Below the pieces are notes generated by a model. The model did no database searches. It was given only the letters and a program-made list of their open reading frames with translations, and was not told the DNA's origin. 64,000 nt of DNA from Acidobacteriota bacterium (GTDB lineage: Bacteria > Acidobacteriota > Thermoanaerobaculia > Thermoanaerobaculales > Sulfomarinibacteraceae). Below, one piece after another: positions 63,628 to 64,000 of the stretch (the first letter of the stretch is position 1; each line of letters begins with the position of its first letter). The position numbers and the translations under genes are program-made. The DNA lies in NCBI GenBank assembly GCA_022340665.1, contig JAJDNM010000043.1, forward strand, positions 29,489 through 93,488. The letters run 5' to 3'.

Positions 63628-63857
63628 CACGGCGGGCGCGCAACCCGGTCAATCGGAAAAAACTGCCGATGTCCAAATGGACCGCAGTATCTCCGGTCAA
63701 TCGAGAAAAACACTTCCTCGTCGTCGACTGGGTTCGAAATGAAGAAGGGGACCCGACTGACCGCCTCATCGTCGAGGCAGTCCTGACAAAGAGGTTGCTG
63801 GAGATTCACTGGTCGGAGCTCGAGGATTCCCGGTCATGGCAGGTCGGGTGGCGGTGA
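63624..63857 (+). CDS. small Trp-rich protein (resembles the TIGR02450 family)
   Basis: 77 aa. KKLPMSKWTAVSPVNREKHFLVV....VEAVLTKR...IHWSELEDSRSWQVGW resembles the conserved SKWTA...EKHF...W..L.D...W..GW pattern. GTGA overlap with the CIA30 stop. Confidence 0.45.
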   Translation: MTRRARNPVNRKKLPMSKWTAVSPVNREKHFLVVDWVRNEEGDPTDRLIVEAVLTKRLLEIHWSELEDSRSWQVGWR

Positions 63858-63865
63858 CCCGATTG

Positions 63866-64000
63866 GTAGAAAGAAGGATGGTCGAGGCAATGGAGAAGGA
63901 GGCATTCGGCGCCTGCACCAACTACCGTTCCTTCGAGGCGGTTTCCCCGAAGGGCATCTCCATATCCGGCATCGCAATGATGAACAAGGATTTCAGGCGT
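63866..64000 (+). other. diverged duplicate of the sdhB 3' end (open frame running off the window), Fe-S cysteines replaced
   Basis: 63878-63997 aligns with 46313-46432 at roughly 90 percent identity. It reads [41 protein letters not shown], against [41 protein letters not shown] in sdhB. The frame is open from 63761 to the window end. Confidence 0.6.

Noticed and set aside
1-64000. Scan for tRNA, rRNA or tmRNA genes, transposases, integrases, phage genes, toxin-antitoxin pairs and defence systems.
   Set aside because: No cloverleaf-type conserved boxes (e.g. GGTTCGAATCC-like T-loops in intergenic DNA) were seen, and no ORF carries recombinase, nuclease or defence-family motifs. All intergenic spacers are accounted for by repeats or promoters.

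Overview
GC-rich bacterial chromosomal segment with about 50 protein genes. I found no rRNA, tRNA, CRISPR array, transposase or integrase. The gene content (CarboxypepD_reg-type TonB-dependent receptor, BlaR1::TonB fusion, DUF4388) resembles Acidobacteriota-like genomes, but taxonomy cannot be proven from the sequence alone. Gene order, left to right: (1) a YgfK-like fragment and a molybdenum-hydroxylase (xanthine dehydrogenase family) cluster, flanked by two c-di-GMP turnover proteins and a Sir2 deacetylase. (2) yfcC and rpiR, divergent from a TonB-dependent receptor, a secreted cyanophycinase and an M20 peptidase. (3) A MacAB-type ABC exporter. (4) An imuA-imuB-dnaE2 mutasome cassette. (5) blaI-blaR1::tonB, DUF4388 and two glycosyltransferase-type genes. 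(6) A hemA-C-D-B-L operon. (7) sdhCAB. (8) A carotenoid cluster: crtY-I-B, an embedded ABC exporter with a DUF2141 lipoprotein, a CrtU-like FAD enzyme, a Rieske oxygenase, and convergent crtE. (9) A furan/cyclopropane fatty-acid-like cluster: DUF2177, DUF1295, FAD oxidoreductase, DUF1365, two CFA-synthase-family methyltransferases, CIA30 and a small Trp-rich protein. The most unusual signal is not a gene family. It is a modular family of repeat elements built from heptamer arrays (GAATTTT, GAGTTTT, CGGATTT, AATTCCT), CACAGAG and GCAAAG blocks, CCCACC/GGGTGG hairpins and ATCCAGC hairpins. These elements fill almost every long intergenic spacer. Around the mutasome cassette they are also embedded in frame inside dnaE2 and imuB, and they supply the C-terminal tail of imuA. 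Other notable points: an aromatic-carotenoid-type gene pair; a possible dimethyl furan fatty acid pathway; a TspO remnant joined out of frame to DUF2177; a diverged, Cys-less copy of the sdhB 3' end at the window edge; and a 15-nt motif that recurs just downstream of stop codons. All functional calls rest on motif recognition from memory and need database confirmation.
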